Notes: generated from the sequence alone by a model not told the origin. DNA of 64,000 nt from an uncultured Oligoflexia bacterium (GCA_964475985.1 CAYYYP010000009.1:14662-78661); one strand, 5' to 3'. Positions 40,274 through 50,671 are shown, counted from the first letter of the stretch. Translations and numbers: made by a program.

Positions 40274-43129
40274 TTGCGCTTGATGGAACAGAAATCTTTC
40301 CGCGAATTTTTCCTCCTCTTCTCAGATCGGCCAGTATATAACCACCCTACTTATAAGGAACTGCCATTCATGCCTCAGGTGAAATCTCTTTCCGCTCGCC
40401 CAGAAACTCGCAACCCAAAAGGTTCTTCTACGCAGGACGTCACCCAAGTCGACCTCGCCCTTCTAAGGCGACTTGCTAAGCGGGCTCATTACTATTCCAC
40501 GCAAATGATTCATCTCGCCAATAACCGAGACGACGTACAAAAAGGTGATCCTAAAATTGGAGGTCATCCGGCGGCCTGCGCAAGCCTCACCCACATCATG
40601 GGCGCACTTCATCTTTTAGTTCGTGAACCCCAGGATCACATTGCCGTAAAACCCCACGGTTCTCCCATGGACCACGCTTATCACCATATGCTGGGTCTTT
40701 TTTACCACCAAGATGGCAGCCGCTTTTCCACGGACCAGGCCAAACGCGCGATGCATCATTTGCGTAAATTCGGTGATCCCGATTCTGCAAGCTACGATCC
40801 CGTTTTTCAAAGCTATCATGCGGCCTGGGATCCGGATGCTTTCAACTATTTTCCCTCGGGCACGGTTGGCATTCCACCGGTAGCTTCCGCCTATATGGCA
40901 CTAGGTTACCGCTTTGCTAAGGACCATGGTTTTGAAGTGCCAGAAAACGCACACTTCTGGAGCATCATGGGCGATTCGGAATTCCGAGAAGGTTCCTTAC
41001 ATGAGTGTATTCCGGACTTAGCCGAGCGACACCTAGGAAATGTGACTTGGATTGTTGATTACAATCGACAGAATCTTGATGGCGCTCGCATCAAGTCCGA
41101 CGACCTTACGGGCACGGACGCTGACCGCATTGAAAAACTCGCCAAAGCCAATGGCTGGGATGTTTTAAATCTTCGACATGGCCATAAACGCACCGAGTTT
41201 TTTCAAAAAACCGGTGGTGAAGCATTACGGAAAGTTTTTGAACTCCACTTATCCGATTACGAATTTCAAAGCCTCTTGCTCGCAAAGGATGGAAAAATTG
41301 CGAGAAAACGGTTCATTGAGCTTGAGCCCATTTTAGAGCGGGCCCTTTCGGCATTAAGTGATCAGGAAGTTAGGGAATTGGTAGAAGACCTCGGTGGTCA
41401 TGACTTCAAGACCCTGTATGACGCCTTTAAAAAATGTCGACTAAGCCAACGTAAACCGACCATGGTTATTGCCCACACCATCAAGGGTTGGAACTTAGAT
41501 TGTGCTGCGGCTTCTGGAAATCACAGCGCACTTCCGAGCGATGAAGAAGTTGTGAGAATCAGGGATTCAGAAAAAATTCCTAGCAACGATGTGTTTGCTC
41601 TCTTTGGCGCTAACTCTGAAGAGACAGCTTTCTGCGCAAAACGCGGGGAATATCTGCATAAAGGATTTGAATCCCAGCGTGCATTAAAACAAAGGAATTT
41701 AGAACGAGCACTGAAACGTTTTGATGAAGTTCAAGGACTTCCCGATTCCTTTGGTATTGATCTTAAATTGGTACCTTGGGCGAACACCCAGTGGATGTGG
41801 GGGCAGCTTGCGGCCAAGTTAGTGCGTATTGCTAACACCAAGGAGCCAAAAGGTTCTGATTTACAGTGGAAACCCATTGCCGATGCTCTGGTCACCATGG
41901 CGCCGGATGTCGGAACCTCAACCAATTTAAATCCTAGCATGGATGGTAAAATTTACGGGCCTGACGCACCGAACTTCGAAGACATCTATCATGTGCGGGA
42001 CTCCAGACGGCCTGACCTCGTACCTTTAGAACGCCAAACCAATCGACATATTCGGTTTGAAATTGAAGAAGCCAATGCTATGTCCTGCGCCGGCAGTTTT
42101 GGAAAGTTAAGGGACGTACTGGGAGTACCGGTTCTCCCCATGATGTCGATTTACGACTTCTTCATCAAACGTGCGCTAGATCAACTTTTTTACAATGCCT
42201 ATTGGCGCTCAAGTTTTATTTTAGTGGGAACACCCTCTGGCGTTTCCCTTTCTCCGGAAGGCGCTCAACATTCTTGGAAATCTGATTTACAAATTCCCAA
42301 TCTCATCACGTGGGAACCGGCTTATGCGTTGGAACTCGACTGGATTTTTGCCGACGCAGTGAAACGTCATTACCTTGCCAATAATCTGGGTCGCCAGTCC
42401 GTACTCATCCGTGCGGTCACCATGAGCATTGATCAAAAACCCATGATGGCCTGTTTGAAAAAACAAAACCGTTTTCAAGGCAAAACCGATGCAGAGATCC
42501 TAGCCGTCACTCGGGAAGAGTGTCTGGCCGGCGGTTACTGGCTCATCAATCATGAAGGCGCAAATGGTTATCTGCCGGGCGAGAACGTCGTGCATATCTT
42601 TGCCATGGGGACCCTGGTTCCCCAGGCCATCGAAGCAAGCCAGAATCTTGAGAAAAAGGGCGTGTTTGCGAACGTCATTGTAGTGACCTCACCAGATTTA
42701 CTCTGCGGAAATCTTGGACATGATGATGATTTCCGCCACCTGAAAAAAACTTTGGGCATTAATGGAAATCTTTATTTGACCTCGGGCCAAGTCGCAAAAA
42801 CAAACGATCAAAATCAGAGCGGCGCCAAACCCGTGCTCACCCCTTCAAATATATTGGATTTACGATCGATCCGCGGCGCTCGCATCCCCATCGTATCGAC
42901 TCACGATGGTGAGCCAGGCCTTTTGGACAATCTAGGTTCTATCATTGGGGTGCCCCACGAGACGCTCGCGGTACGTAAACACAGCAAGTCCGGAAGGCCG
43001 GTTGATGTTTTTGCATACCAACACATCAATGCCGCTTCGGTGGAAGCTGCCGTAGACCAGGTTTTTGAAACCGCGGCCTCAGAAGAAATCCTAGTAGACC
43101 CAAGGTTGCTAGAAAACTTAAAGTCCTGA
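40274..43129 (+). CDS. 2-oxoacid (pyruvate) dehydrogenase E1 component, homodimeric AceE type
   Basis: ThDP-binding region GDSEFREGSLHE...VDYNRQNLDG parallels AceE GDGEMDEPES...NCNLQRLDGPV. The ~900-aa length fits AceE. The start is more likely the ATG at 40370 (MPQVKSL, preceded by AAGGA). No E2 or E3 gene is adjacent. Confidence 0.7.
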   Translation: MRLMEQKSFREFFLLFSDRPVYNHPTYKELPFMPQVKSLSARPETRNPKGSSTQDVTQVDLALLRRLAKRAHYYSTQMIHLANNRDDVQKGDPKIGGHPAACASLTHIMGALHLLVREPQDHIAVKPHGSPMDHAYHHMLGLFYHQDGSRFSTDQAKRAMHHLRKFGDPDSASYDPVFQSYHAAWDPDAFNYFPSGTVGIPPVASAYMALGYRFAKDHGFEVPENAHFWSIMGDSEFREGSLHECIPDLAERHLGNVTWIVDYNRQNLDGARIKSDDLTGTDADRIEKLAKANGWDVLNLRHGHKRTEFFQKTGGEALRKVFELHLSDYEFQSLLLAKDGKIARKRFIELEPILERALSALSDQEVRELVEDLGGHDFKTLYDAFKKCRLSQRKPTMVIAHTIKGWNLDCAAASGNHSALPSDEEVVRIRDSEKIPSNDVFALFGANSEETAFCAKRGEYLHKGFESQRALKQRNLERALKRFDEVQGLPDSFGIDLKLVPWANTQWMWGQLAAKLVRIANTKEPKGSDLQWKPIADALVTMAPDVGTSTNLNPSMDGKIYGPDAPNFEDIYHVRDSRRPDLVPLERQTNRHIRFEIEEANAMSCAGSFGKLRDVLGVPVLPMMSIYDFFIKRALDQLFYNAYWRSSFILVGTPSGVSLSPEGAQHSWKSDLQIPNLITWEPAYALELDWIFADAVKRHYLANNLGRQSVLIRAVTMSIDQKPMMACLKKQNRFQGKTDAEILAVTREECLAGGYWLINHEGANGYLPGENVVHIFAMGTLVPQAIEASQNLEKKGVFANVIVVTSPDLLCGNLGHDDDFRHLKKTLGINGNLYLTSGQVAKTNDQNQSGAKPVLTPSNILDLRSIRGARIPIVSTHDGEPGLLDNLGSIIGVPHETLAVRKHSKSGRPVDVFAYQHINAASVEAAVDQVFETAASEEILVDPRLLENLKS

Positions 43130-44215
43130 CGCTCCGGCCGGCAATGCATCGGCACAGCATCTGAAACCCGTTGAATAATCGTGATAACTGAAACTGTGGC
43201 TAGGCGTTGCATACAAACAGCCGACGCCATTGATGCTGGTATCTGCGTAGTAGCCGCCCCTAAAGGCATGGGTACCTGCGTTGCCCGTCCATTCGTGAAC
43301 GTTTCCCACCAGATCACAAATTCCTTCTTCCGTGCGGCAATCACAATCGGAGTTTGCCCCAGAACGGTGCCCCGTTAGCCAAACGGTATCGGCCTGCATA
43401 TTGATGCAATAATCAGCCGTAATGAGTGATAAATAATTTCGGTTGGAAACCGCACCGGGCCGGGGACTGCTTTGCGAATAAAGATTTTGCAATGATGCTG
43501 CCGGATGGCCTGAGTGTCGCTCATAACTCCGATTACAACGATCGCGTAGATTTTGATTGTAGGCTCGGCAAGGCCTATAATCCCTTGAGCTTGGCAACTG
43601 ACACGTTTCAATACTGCAAAAAAACTGGGGGCCAAGGCAGGCCCTTTGCCACTCCCGAGGAGTGCAAAGCCGTTTGCCTCCGGCTTGACAAGCTCGTTCG
43701 GCCAAGGAACCAGAGATGTGGGTTTGTGGAACAACCCCGTCAACCGACACCGCAACTACATTTGATCCAGCTACGCTCCTTGGCTCAACGTACGGTGATA
43801 GGGCCGCCGTTAATCCTACCGATGGAGTTGCCCCGGCGGCGGCAGGAACGGACTCTCTCACTAAGCTTGCTTCAAACCGATCTATACAAAAGCCCTGAGC
43901 AACGCTCCTCGAAGAATTAATGTCTTCGCAATTTTTTCCAGGTAAAAAGGACATTCCATGGGGGCAGCGAGGGTGGAATAAAACCTGTCTTTGCCTCGTT
44001 AAATTTTGATTTACCTCCGGAACAACTGCCGCCATAGATTCCCAACTTCGGCACTGCGTTTGGGTGATTCGTGACAGGGGTCGCACCGTTCTCGGCGGCA
44101 TGGAAGTAGCGGCGGAGTTCTCCGGGCACTCGGGCGCGGGCAACGAAGGCATCGGTTGTGCTAGTGCCTGTGTGCTGAACCAAACTAAAAAAAATAACTC
44201 GAAAAAAGAAATCAC
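43118..44215 (-). CDS. Formylglycine-generating-enzyme family protein (SUMF1/DUF323 fold), secreted
   Basis: LVGNVHEWTGN...FRGGYY resembles the FGE-sulfatase GNVWEW...RGGSW signature, with an N-terminal signal peptide. Confidence 0.7.
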   Translation of the reverse strand: MISFFELFFLVWFSTQALAQPMPSLPAPECPENSAATSMPPRTVRPLSRITQTQCRSWESMAAVVPEVNQNLTRQRQVLFHPRCPHGMSFLPGKNCEDINSSRSVAQGFCIDRFEASLVRESVPAAAGATPSVGLTAALSPYVEPRSVAGSNVVAVSVDGVVPQTHISGSLAERACQAGGKRLCTPREWQRACLGPQFFCSIETCQLPSSRDYRPCRAYNQNLRDRCNRSYERHSGHPAASLQNLYSQSSPRPGAVSNRNYLSLITADYCINMQADTVWLTGHRSGANSDCDCRTEEGICDLVGNVHEWTGNAGTHAFRGGYYADTSINGVGCLYATPSHSFSYHDYSTGFRCCADALPAGASGL

Positions 44216-44227
44216 GTCACCTACCTA

Positions 44228-44680
44228 TCAAGCGAGCGCCGCGAGGCTTGGATCCACGTTCTTGGCAAGAACCTTCAAACGGTCTTGCAAAACGTGGGAC
44301 TCAGCTACTGCTTCGGCCGTGCGGGTTTTATCATCTAAACAATCCACTAGTTCCTGCACCGTATTTAATACATCTGCCCAAAAACCGGCAAAGAAAGGCA
44401 GAAGCGCCCACTTTTTAGTTTCAGCCGCTCGGTAACCCATATGCTTGCAAATCTCTGCGATTTTTCCGATCCGACTCAGGCCCTCATGTTCGGGGTCCAA
44501 CGTCGCGATGGTTTTTGCGGCACCCATAATACGATCGATCTTTTGCGCAAATTCAGAAAGCAGTTCCGGTGCATCTGACCCATCAGAGTCTTCGATTTTT
44601 TCTACTATGACGCTCAGCTCCGTAATCAAGCCCTTCGTCTCCACTAAAAAAGATTCTATGATTTCCTGGTCGATGGCCAT
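44228..44680 (-). CDS. Hypothetical helical protein (possible Hpt-like domain)
   Basis: 150 aa, predicted all-helical, and adjacent to cheY. An Hpt assignment is weak because Asp sits where the His would be. Confidence 0.35.
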   Translation of the reverse strand: MAIDQEIIESFLVETKGLITELSVIVEKIEDSDGSDAPELLSEFAQKIDRIMGAAKTIATLDPEHEGLSRIGKIAEICKHMGYRAAETKKWALLPFFAGFWADVLNTVQELVDCLDDKTRTAEAVAESHVLQDRLKVLAKNVDPSLAALA

Positions 44681-44685
44681 CCGAT

Positions 44686-45105
44686 TTAACCCACTGCCTT
44701 CTTTTTCTGAATCATATCGTAAACCGCTTTTAACTTTTCCCTTAAAGTGTCGGGAGTGAATGGTTTTGTGACGTAATTGCTGACGCCTGCCTTGATTGCC
44801 TCAACAACTTGGGATTTTTCTGACTCGGCCGTCAACAAAAGAAAAGGTGTAGTTTTTACCGCTTCTAAAGCTCTAACTTTTCTGAGCAGGTCAATACCTT
44901 TTAATTTTGGCATATTCCAATCTGAGAGAATTAACTGGAAAGCCTCACCGGTGGCCGCCGCTGCTTCGATCAAAGGCCAAGCTGTTTCGCCGTCGTCAGC
45001 TTCCGTAAGATTTTTATATCCCATTTCCATGAGAGTCTTTTTAACGATTTTCCTCATGGTCATCATATCGTCCACAACTAAGATTTTCGTGTCGGCAGCA
45101 AACAT
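44686..45105 (-). CDS. cheY: CheY-like single-domain response regulator
   Basis: ILVVDDMMTMR...LILSDWNMPKLKG...KPF receiver motifs in a 139-aa protein. Confidence 0.88.
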   Translation of the reverse strand: MFAADTKILVVDDMMTMRKIVKKTLMEMGYKNLTEADDGETAWPLIEAAAATGEAFQLILSDWNMPKLKGIDLLRKVRALEAVKTTPFLLLTAESEKSQVVEAIKAGVSNYVTKPFTPDTLREKLKAVYDMIQKKKAVG

Positions 45106-45137
45106 TATTTAATTCCCTTCCCAAATGCATTTTTCCG

Positions 45138-45638
45138 CTACTTGATTAATGTTCCTTCCACCGTAACTTCCATAGTGAAAGGCCCCACATCGGTATCAAA
45201 TGGCAGCACCACCGTCGGAGCTTTAGACAAGTGCTTCATGGATAAAATTTTACCACGCACAACGGTAGGGATAGCTTTTTCGATTTTATAATTTTTTTCA
45301 TTTAAGGCAGTTTTTGCGTAGCCAAAAATTATATTTAGTAGCTCGCCAGCACCATCCTCTAATTCTTTGGAAAGGCATGCATGCTTCTCTCCAATCATTT
45401 TTTCCATAAGGTTTAGAAAGGTCGCTTCATTAAAGACTAACGCGATGGATCCGCTGAAAACTTTGCTAGTGAGGCCAATTACGGCAGCGATATCGCCGCC
45501 TAGTTCCTTAGATGGGTCTTTAAAGTAGGGCTTGCCTGGTTTAACCTCCAATTGACACTGAACTTTTAACGTATTCAGAGTTCCATCTACAAACGGCCTA
45601 ATAAATTCAACATCTATCTTCGGCGTATCCATGGTCAC
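45138..45638 (-). CDS. CheX-like chemotaxis phosphatase (CheC/CheX/FliY family)
   Basis: ~165 aa with a CheX-like pattern (GDIAAVIGLTSKVFSGSIALVF...ELLNIIFG), immediately upstream of cheY. Confidence 0.6.
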   Translation of the reverse strand: MTMDTPKIDVEFIRPFVDGTLNTLKVQCQLEVKPGKPYFKDPSKELGGDIAAVIGLTSKVFSGSIALVFNEATFLNLMEKMIGEKHACLSKELEDGAGELLNIIFGYAKTALNEKNYKIEKAIPTVVRGKILSMKHLSKAPTVVLPFDTDVGPFTMEVTVEGTLIK

Positions 45639-45731
45639 CTGCCCTTGCTAATACATTTAGGATGATTGAAATTTTAGGATCTCGCATTAAAAAATGGCAG
45701 TTGCCCCAAATAAATCGTGAATCGGAATTTA

Positions 45732-46370
45732 TTAGAGTGCCGAGCGGCAAGGATCTCCATTCGATTTACCCAAAATTGATCGAAATCCGCGATTTTGCAG
45801 TTCTTCATAAATCATATCTGGCGAAACACCTGGCTGCCCTCGAGGTGGAGATTTCTCCATTTGCTTAAAAAATTTTTTCCAGTATTCGCCACCGAACTGC
45901 ATGGGCTCAGGCTGAATATGAAAGGCCACGGCCGCAAGTTCGCTACAATAGTATGCATCATTCCCCCAGGTAAACTCTAGATCATAGAGCTTACCTAATT
46001 GCCGACGTAGAAGGGCCTCCGAAAATTCGTGCTCTTCCTGAATGTCCTTCTGTAAAATATGGGGCTCTGTCCCAAACTGAAGGAGTCGATCCCAGGATAT
46101 TAACTCAACGCCTCGGCCAGGATAGCTATGGAGCCAACCTTCATCTAAACGGATTGCAAGATGAGAAAAACCTAAACGCCTTTGCCCGTCCAAAAGGATG
46201 AGCTCTTGAGTCACAGGATGCCGCCAGCGCAGAAAAACCACCTCAACCAGGCGGGCATCGCACCCAAAACTAAAAAAAACTCCAAAAATGAACGAGAAGG
46301 AAATGAAATGGCGGGTCGAATAAAAACTCGCAAAGGGACGGCTTAAAAACGCTCTTCCCGCCAGCTTCAT
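45732..46370 (-). CDS. YiiX-like permuted papain-fold hydrolase (DUF830-like)
   Basis: WGNDAYYCSELAAVAF resembles the catalytic Cys region of permuted NlpC/P60 enzymes. Confidence 0.5.
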   Translation of the reverse strand: MKLAGRAFLSRPFASFYSTRHFISFSFIFGVFFSFGCDARLVEVVFLRWRHPVTQELILLDGQRRLGFSHLAIRLDEGWLHSYPGRGVELISWDRLLQFGTEPHILQKDIQEEHEFSEALLRRQLGKLYDLEFTWGNDAYYCSELAAVAFHIQPEPMQFGGEYWKKFFKQMEKSPPRGQPGVSPDMIYEELQNRGFRSILGKSNGDPCRSAL

Positions 46371-47071
46371 TAAAGCAGAATTTCCATCAATGCATAAACT
46401 ACGATGGCCAAAGCAAAACCGCAGTGAATGACACCCTTAACGGTGGTCATGGGGCCAGTTTTTCCTTTAAGCGCATTAGCCTCAAGCAATCCAACGATGA
46501 TCAAAAGCAAAAGCGAATAAAGACCAAGATGGGATTCCATATTGAAAGTTACGGGCAAATGACTTGCAGCGCCCATGTAAAACAATAGTGGAATGGAGAA
46601 AACAACGTTTGTACGGGAGGCCACTAGTCCACGCGCGGCTGCGGCTGCGGCGTCGGGTAAAGCCTGCCCGCCCTGAGCAACCCTGGTGGCGGATTCAATC
46701 ACGATTTTCTGTTGTGGCCAAATGACAAACCAAACGTTGGCCCACATGAATAAACCAAAAAGGGTGCCCGTAAGAATAGAAACTCCCCAGGAACTTACGT
46801 AAATATCGGCTCCAGCTTCGTGGCCACGCATCATAAGAATCAAAATGCCGGTGATCAGAGTGAACATTGCGCCCCATCTGAACCACCAAAGCGCATTCGG
46901 AAGCATTTTTTGAATCATATTGGACTTCGTTGTTCCATCGGTTTGGCTGAAAAACGGACCTTGCACAAAGTTAAAGTAATAAAGCAGACCAATCCAAATG
47001 ATCCCAAAGAAAAAATGAAACCATCGTAAAATGAATTGTAAACCAGTCGAACTAAACAGCGCGATTTCCAT
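46370..47071 (-). CDS. Hypothetical integral membrane protein (5-6 TM)
   Basis: Multiple hydrophobic helices (HFFFGIIWIGLLYYFNF...). Confidence 0.6.
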   Translation of the reverse strand: MEIALFSSTGLQFILRWFHFFFGIIWIGLLYYFNFVQGPFFSQTDGTTKSNMIQKMLPNALWWFRWGAMFTLITGILILMMRGHEAGADIYVSSWGVSILTGTLFGLFMWANVWFVIWPQQKIVIESATRVAQGGQALPDAAAAAARGLVASRTNVVFSIPLLFYMGAASHLPVTFNMESHLGLYSLLLLIIVGLLEANALKGKTGPMTTVKGVIHCGFALAIVVYALMEILL

Positions 47072-47166
47072 GAAAATAATCTCCCCATTGTAAGTGATTT
47101 GCGTATGATTGCGGTGGCTTTACGCTAGGTCTAGGCACTTTAACCGTCAAGAAATCTCTTGGGGCG

Positions 47167-47415
47167 CTAACGGCAGTTGGCCAGATACTCTTGTTTGAAT
47201 CTTTCACAGATTTCATGGAAATTTTGGACAGACCAAGCCTCGCGCGAAAAACTTTCCGCCAAGCAGTGCCGGTAGGCCTGCTCGCTTTGAATTTCACAAT
47301 CCTGCGCTTCCGTAGCTGGGGCATGCAGCCGGACCGCTCCAACCGAATAGGCTACGGATGAAAAGCTAAGGAGCAATAACCACCCAAGACCCGTGAATTT
47401 TCTAAACGAGCACAT
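47167..47415 (-). CDS. Small secreted Cys-containing hypothetical protein
   Basis: Signal-like N-terminus and 5 Cys in 82 aa. Confidence 0.35.
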   Translation of the reverse strand: MCSFRKFTGLGWLLLLSFSSVAYSVGAVRLHAPATEAQDCEIQSEQAYRHCLAESFSREAWSVQNFHEICERFKQEYLANCR

Positions 47416-47502
47416 TGCTTATGTGTGCCTCCCAGTGGGCAGGGCTAACTCAACTTTTCTGGCTAGAAAAGCCCCTAGGTTTTTATTCGCAGGAATTTAA
47501 GA

Positions 47503-48498
47503 TCATTCGTCCTGAATAAAACCTAACTTTTTCACCAATGCAGAGTACGTTTTAATTTCCTGCACTCGCTCTTTACCGTAGAACGTCGCATCCAAGCTGA
47601 TATGCTCTAGAGCTTTTTTGAGATGGTTCAATGCCCCTACGTAATCGTGTCGTGCAGCTAAAGTTTTCGCGAGTTCAAGTCTTACCAGCGGATTCGTTTC
47701 GTCAAACTCAAGTACACGAAACAACGTTTTTAGAATTTTGGAATGCAAAAGTTTTAAACTCAAATCAATGCGTTTTGAACTTAATGGTGAAAGCGCGTCC
47801 GCCTGAGACAGAAACTCTTCGGCCCGGTCCAAATCACCGGCATCTAAAAATGCGCGCCCTAAACCCGTGAGCGCTGGCACATACTTAGGCTGAAGGTCCA
47901 AAGCATGGGAAAAACAGCGCTTAGCTAAGGTTACATCTGGCTTGTTCAGAAAAAAATTTCCGGCGTGGGTTAAATATTGAGGTGTGACGCCAGCGGGACT
48001 GACTTCATATCCGCTAACGACTTTTCTAAAAATACGATCGGCTTCTAGGGGATTACGTTCCATGAAGTGCCGATAAGCCTCGCGCACCAGAGTTAACGGG
48101 TCATCGGGCAAAAGCTTTTTGCGGGCATTCTTAGTTTTTAAATATTCATCTACTTGGGCCTTAAGGTCTACCCCGGCAAAGGGCTTAGTAAGCAGGGCGT
48201 TGACTTCAAGCTCCATGGCAAGATGAAGAAGATCATCCCGCTTTTCCTCAAGGGCTAAGATGACATAAAGGTCATCTACAAAAGGTCGCCACTGAAGCTT
48301 TTCTAAAAGGCGCTCAGAACTTCCGTCTTCTAAACTGACCTCGACGATCATGACGTGAACCACATTTTCCGTCAAAAACCGAATGGCCGACTTCATGTTA
48401 GAGGCATAGAAAGTGCGCACGTCCGTAGTGGACTGACGCAGGAACTGATCCATGATGTCCCGCAAAAGGATCTGGGTACCGACGTTTAAGATATTCAC
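47503..48498 (-). CDS. Receiver-like domain protein with C-terminal TPR repeats
   Basis: N-terminal receiver-fold pattern (VMIVEVSLEDGS...TKPF) and TPR-like repeats in the C-terminal half. Confidence 0.65.
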   Translation of the reverse strand: MNILNVGTQILLRDIMDQFLRQSTTDVRTFYASNMKSAIRFLTENVVHVMIVEVSLEDGSSERLLEKLQWRPFVDDLYVILALEEKRDDLLHLAMELEVNALLTKPFAGVDLKAQVDEYLKTKNARKKLLPDDPLTLVREAYRHFMERNPLEADRIFRKVVSGYEVSPAGVTPQYLTHAGNFFLNKPDVTLAKRCFSHALDLQPKYVPALTGLGRAFLDAGDLDRAEEFLSQADALSPLSSKRIDLSLKLLHSKILKTLFRVLEFDETNPLVRLELAKTLAARHDYVGALNHLKKALEHISLDATFYGKERVQEIKTYSALVKKLGFIQDE

Positions 48499-49788
48499 TT
48501 AAACTATTTTAGCATTCTCTTCAGGAGATAATTTGGTTTTTCTTGAGCCAGAATAGAGGTCAAAGATCAAAAATTGCCCATCTAGGCCACCATGATTGAA
48601 CTTAAACTTCTGGGACGGCTTAAGCCCGATATGTTTAGTCATGGTGGCGTCCCCCATGAGCACGCCAGCACGCCAGCCCGTAAAATGATGTTTGAGGTGG
48701 CTGCCCAGTTTGGAGTAAAACTCTTCCAGGGATTCCTTCACCGCGATGCGCTCGCCAAAGGGAGGGTTCATCACCAACAAGGGATCGGCACCCATGGAGT
48801 TTTTGAGTTGATCACCTTCAAGTCTGAAAAAATCTTGTTTCTGAATTTTGAATTGCGCGTCGTGTAAATCCAAATCAAAGGGTGGCCGAATGTCAAAACC
48901 AAGGGGCGCACGGCCACGACGAATGCGTTTCTGGGCGTCGCTAACAATTTCACGCCAAAGGGCCGCATCGTAGCCGGGCCAATTTTGAAAACAAAAAATA
49001 TTCTGATCGGAATGACTGTTCTCAAGCCTAAAAAGGCCAGGCGCACGATTCTGAGCCATAAGCTGAGCTTCCCACAGAAAAGTGCCTGAACCACACATAG
49101 GATCCATAAGTGGTCGATCCGACCCTGGCTCATAACCTAACAAAAAAAGAAGTGCGGCCGCGGCCGACTCGCGGATGGGAGCTTCGGCCCAATCCCGGTA
49201 GCCCCTACGATTCAGACTATCACCACTGGAATCCAAAGATAAAGTGGCGCGGTGCCCCAGAAAATGCAGGTGCACTCGGATATCAGCACCGGAGCGTTTC
49301 ACGCTTGGCCTTTGCCCCTTGGTTTTTTGCCTTACGCGATCCACCACCGCATCTTTAAGTTTCTGCGAAAGGAAATGGGTGTTCACGGCGCCTAAACCGA
49401 TCTTAGTCGTATCGATGACAAATGTTTTTTCTGGCGGAATCAGTTGCTCCCAGGGAAACCTGATCGCACGCTTGTAAAGTTCATCGGAGCTCTGCGCCTC
49501 AAAGGACATGGCGGTTTGCAACACACGGCTCGCCGTCCTCAGCCACAAATTGCACAAATAGAGAAACCTTCGCGAAAGGGAATTCACCAACTCTTCTGAG
49601 TCAGGATCCGTAACTGAAGGCTTGCCCTTCAGTGCTAGCTCCACATCTACGCCCCCAAAACCAGGCTTCATATACAGATTTACCTGCTCGGCCAATGAAC
49701 CAAAAGGTTGTTCTGGCCGAGATAAAAACTCAATTTCTTTTATTGTAGCAGTTTCAAGACCGGGGGTCGTAACGATAAAGAATCTCAT
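48499..49788 (-). CDS. THUMP-domain class I SAM methyltransferase (RlmL/UPF0020-like rRNA m2G methyltransferase)
   Basis: Motif I LMDPMCGSGTFL and the catalytic LVMNPPFGERI motif, with an N-terminal THUMP-like region. Confidence 0.8.
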   Translation of the reverse strand: MRFFIVTTPGLETATIKEIEFLSRPEQPFGSLAEQVNLYMKPGFGGVDVELALKGKPSVTDPDSEELVNSLSRRFLYLCNLWLRTASRVLQTAMSFEAQSSDELYKRAIRFPWEQLIPPEKTFVIDTTKIGLGAVNTHFLSQKLKDAVVDRVRQKTKGQRPSVKRSGADIRVHLHFLGHRATLSLDSSGDSLNRRGYRDWAEAPIRESAAAALLFLLGYEPGSDRPLMDPMCGSGTFLWEAQLMAQNRAPGLFRLENSHSDQNIFCFQNWPGYDAALWREIVSDAQKRIRRGRAPLGFDIRPPFDLDLHDAQFKIQKQDFFRLEGDQLKNSMGADPLLVMNPPFGERIAVKESLEEFYSKLGSHLKHHFTGWRAGVLMGDATMTKHIGLKPSQKFKFNHGGLDGQFLIFDLYSGSRKTKLSPEENAKIV

Positions 49789-49840
49789 GATTTGGAAGTG
49801 GTCATTATCATGGCTTCAAGATAAAGGAACGACCTCGTTT

Positions 49841-50671
49841 ATGAACTTCGAAAATTATATAATCATCATTCTCGCCATTACCCTCAACGGATTTGCCGGC
49901 CTCGCAGGCGGGCTCATCCCCTCCTCCACCATCCATACCCACCTCTCAAAGCTTCTGGCCTGCGCCGCGGGCGTACTTCTGGCCACGGCATTTTTGGATC
50001 TTCTGCCCCATGCCTTTGAATTCAATCAATTAAGTTTAGTCCCAGGCCAGCTACTGCACGGCGAAGTGCTCTTTGCGGCCAACCAACATTTTTCCATAAC
50101 GACAATATTTACAGCATGCCTCATCGGTTTTTTTGCGTTTTACCTCATTGAAATGCTTTTCGGCAGCCACGCCACGGGCCAGCAAGGTCATCGTCACGAC
50201 CACGTGGGTCCCCTCATTCTGCTGGGGGATGCCCTCCACAATATCACCGATGGCTTAGCTATTACTGCAGCCTTTATGGTGAATACTCCAACCGGTATCG
50301 CCACTACGGCCACGGTACTTCTGCACGAACTTCCCCAAGAAATTGCCGACTTCACGATTCTGATTTCAAAGGGCTGGACTCGAAAAAAGGCCTTGTTTTG
50401 GCTGTTTTTAGTACAACTTTCGGCTTTCCTCGGCATGGCGGCAGGCCTTACGCTGGCCTCTGAGAAATTCCACTTCTCACCGTTGGTACTCTCATTTTCG
50501 GCCGGAGGGTTCATTTACATTGCCGCCGCCGATTTGTTGCCAGGCTTGCATCGCATTTCCTCCCATCATTCGGAGGACGATGATTGTTTGCACGAGAAAA
50601 TCACCCGAGTCGTTTTTATGGGCATTGGCATTGGCATCATCCTACTTTTTCACTGCTTTTTTTCGGAATAA
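49841..50671 (+). CDS. ZIP-family metal (zinc) transporter, ZupT-like
   Basis: HNITDGLAI and HELPQEIADF signatures across 8 TM segments. I chose the ATG at 49841 (MNFENY...) because the ORF-track start at 49622 overlaps the divergent upstream gene. Confidence 0.82.
   Translation: MNFENYIIIILAITLNGFAGLAGGLIPSSTIHTHLSKLLACAAGVLLATAFLDLLPHAFEFNQLSLVPGQLLHGEVLFAANQHFSITTIFTACLIGFFAFYLIEMLFGSHATGQQGHRHDHVGPLILLGDALHNITDGLAITAAFMVNTPTGIATTATVLLHELPQEIADFTILISKGWTRKKALFWLFLVQLSAFLGMAAGLTLASEKFHFSPLVLSFSAGGFIYIAAADLLPGLHRISSHHSEDDDCLHEKITRVVFMGIGIGIILLFHCFFSE

Noticed and set aside
47416-47502. Possible terminator hairpin (cttttct-agcc-agaaaag) downstream of the TPR gene
   Set aside because: The stem is only 7 bp and all A-U, with no convincing U-tract, so it is too weak to call.
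49622-49840. Upstream extension of the ZIP transporter ORF
   Set aside because: It would overlap the divergently transcribed RlmL-like gene by more than 160 bp and encodes a non-membrane peptide. The start at 49841 gives a typical ZIP N-terminus.
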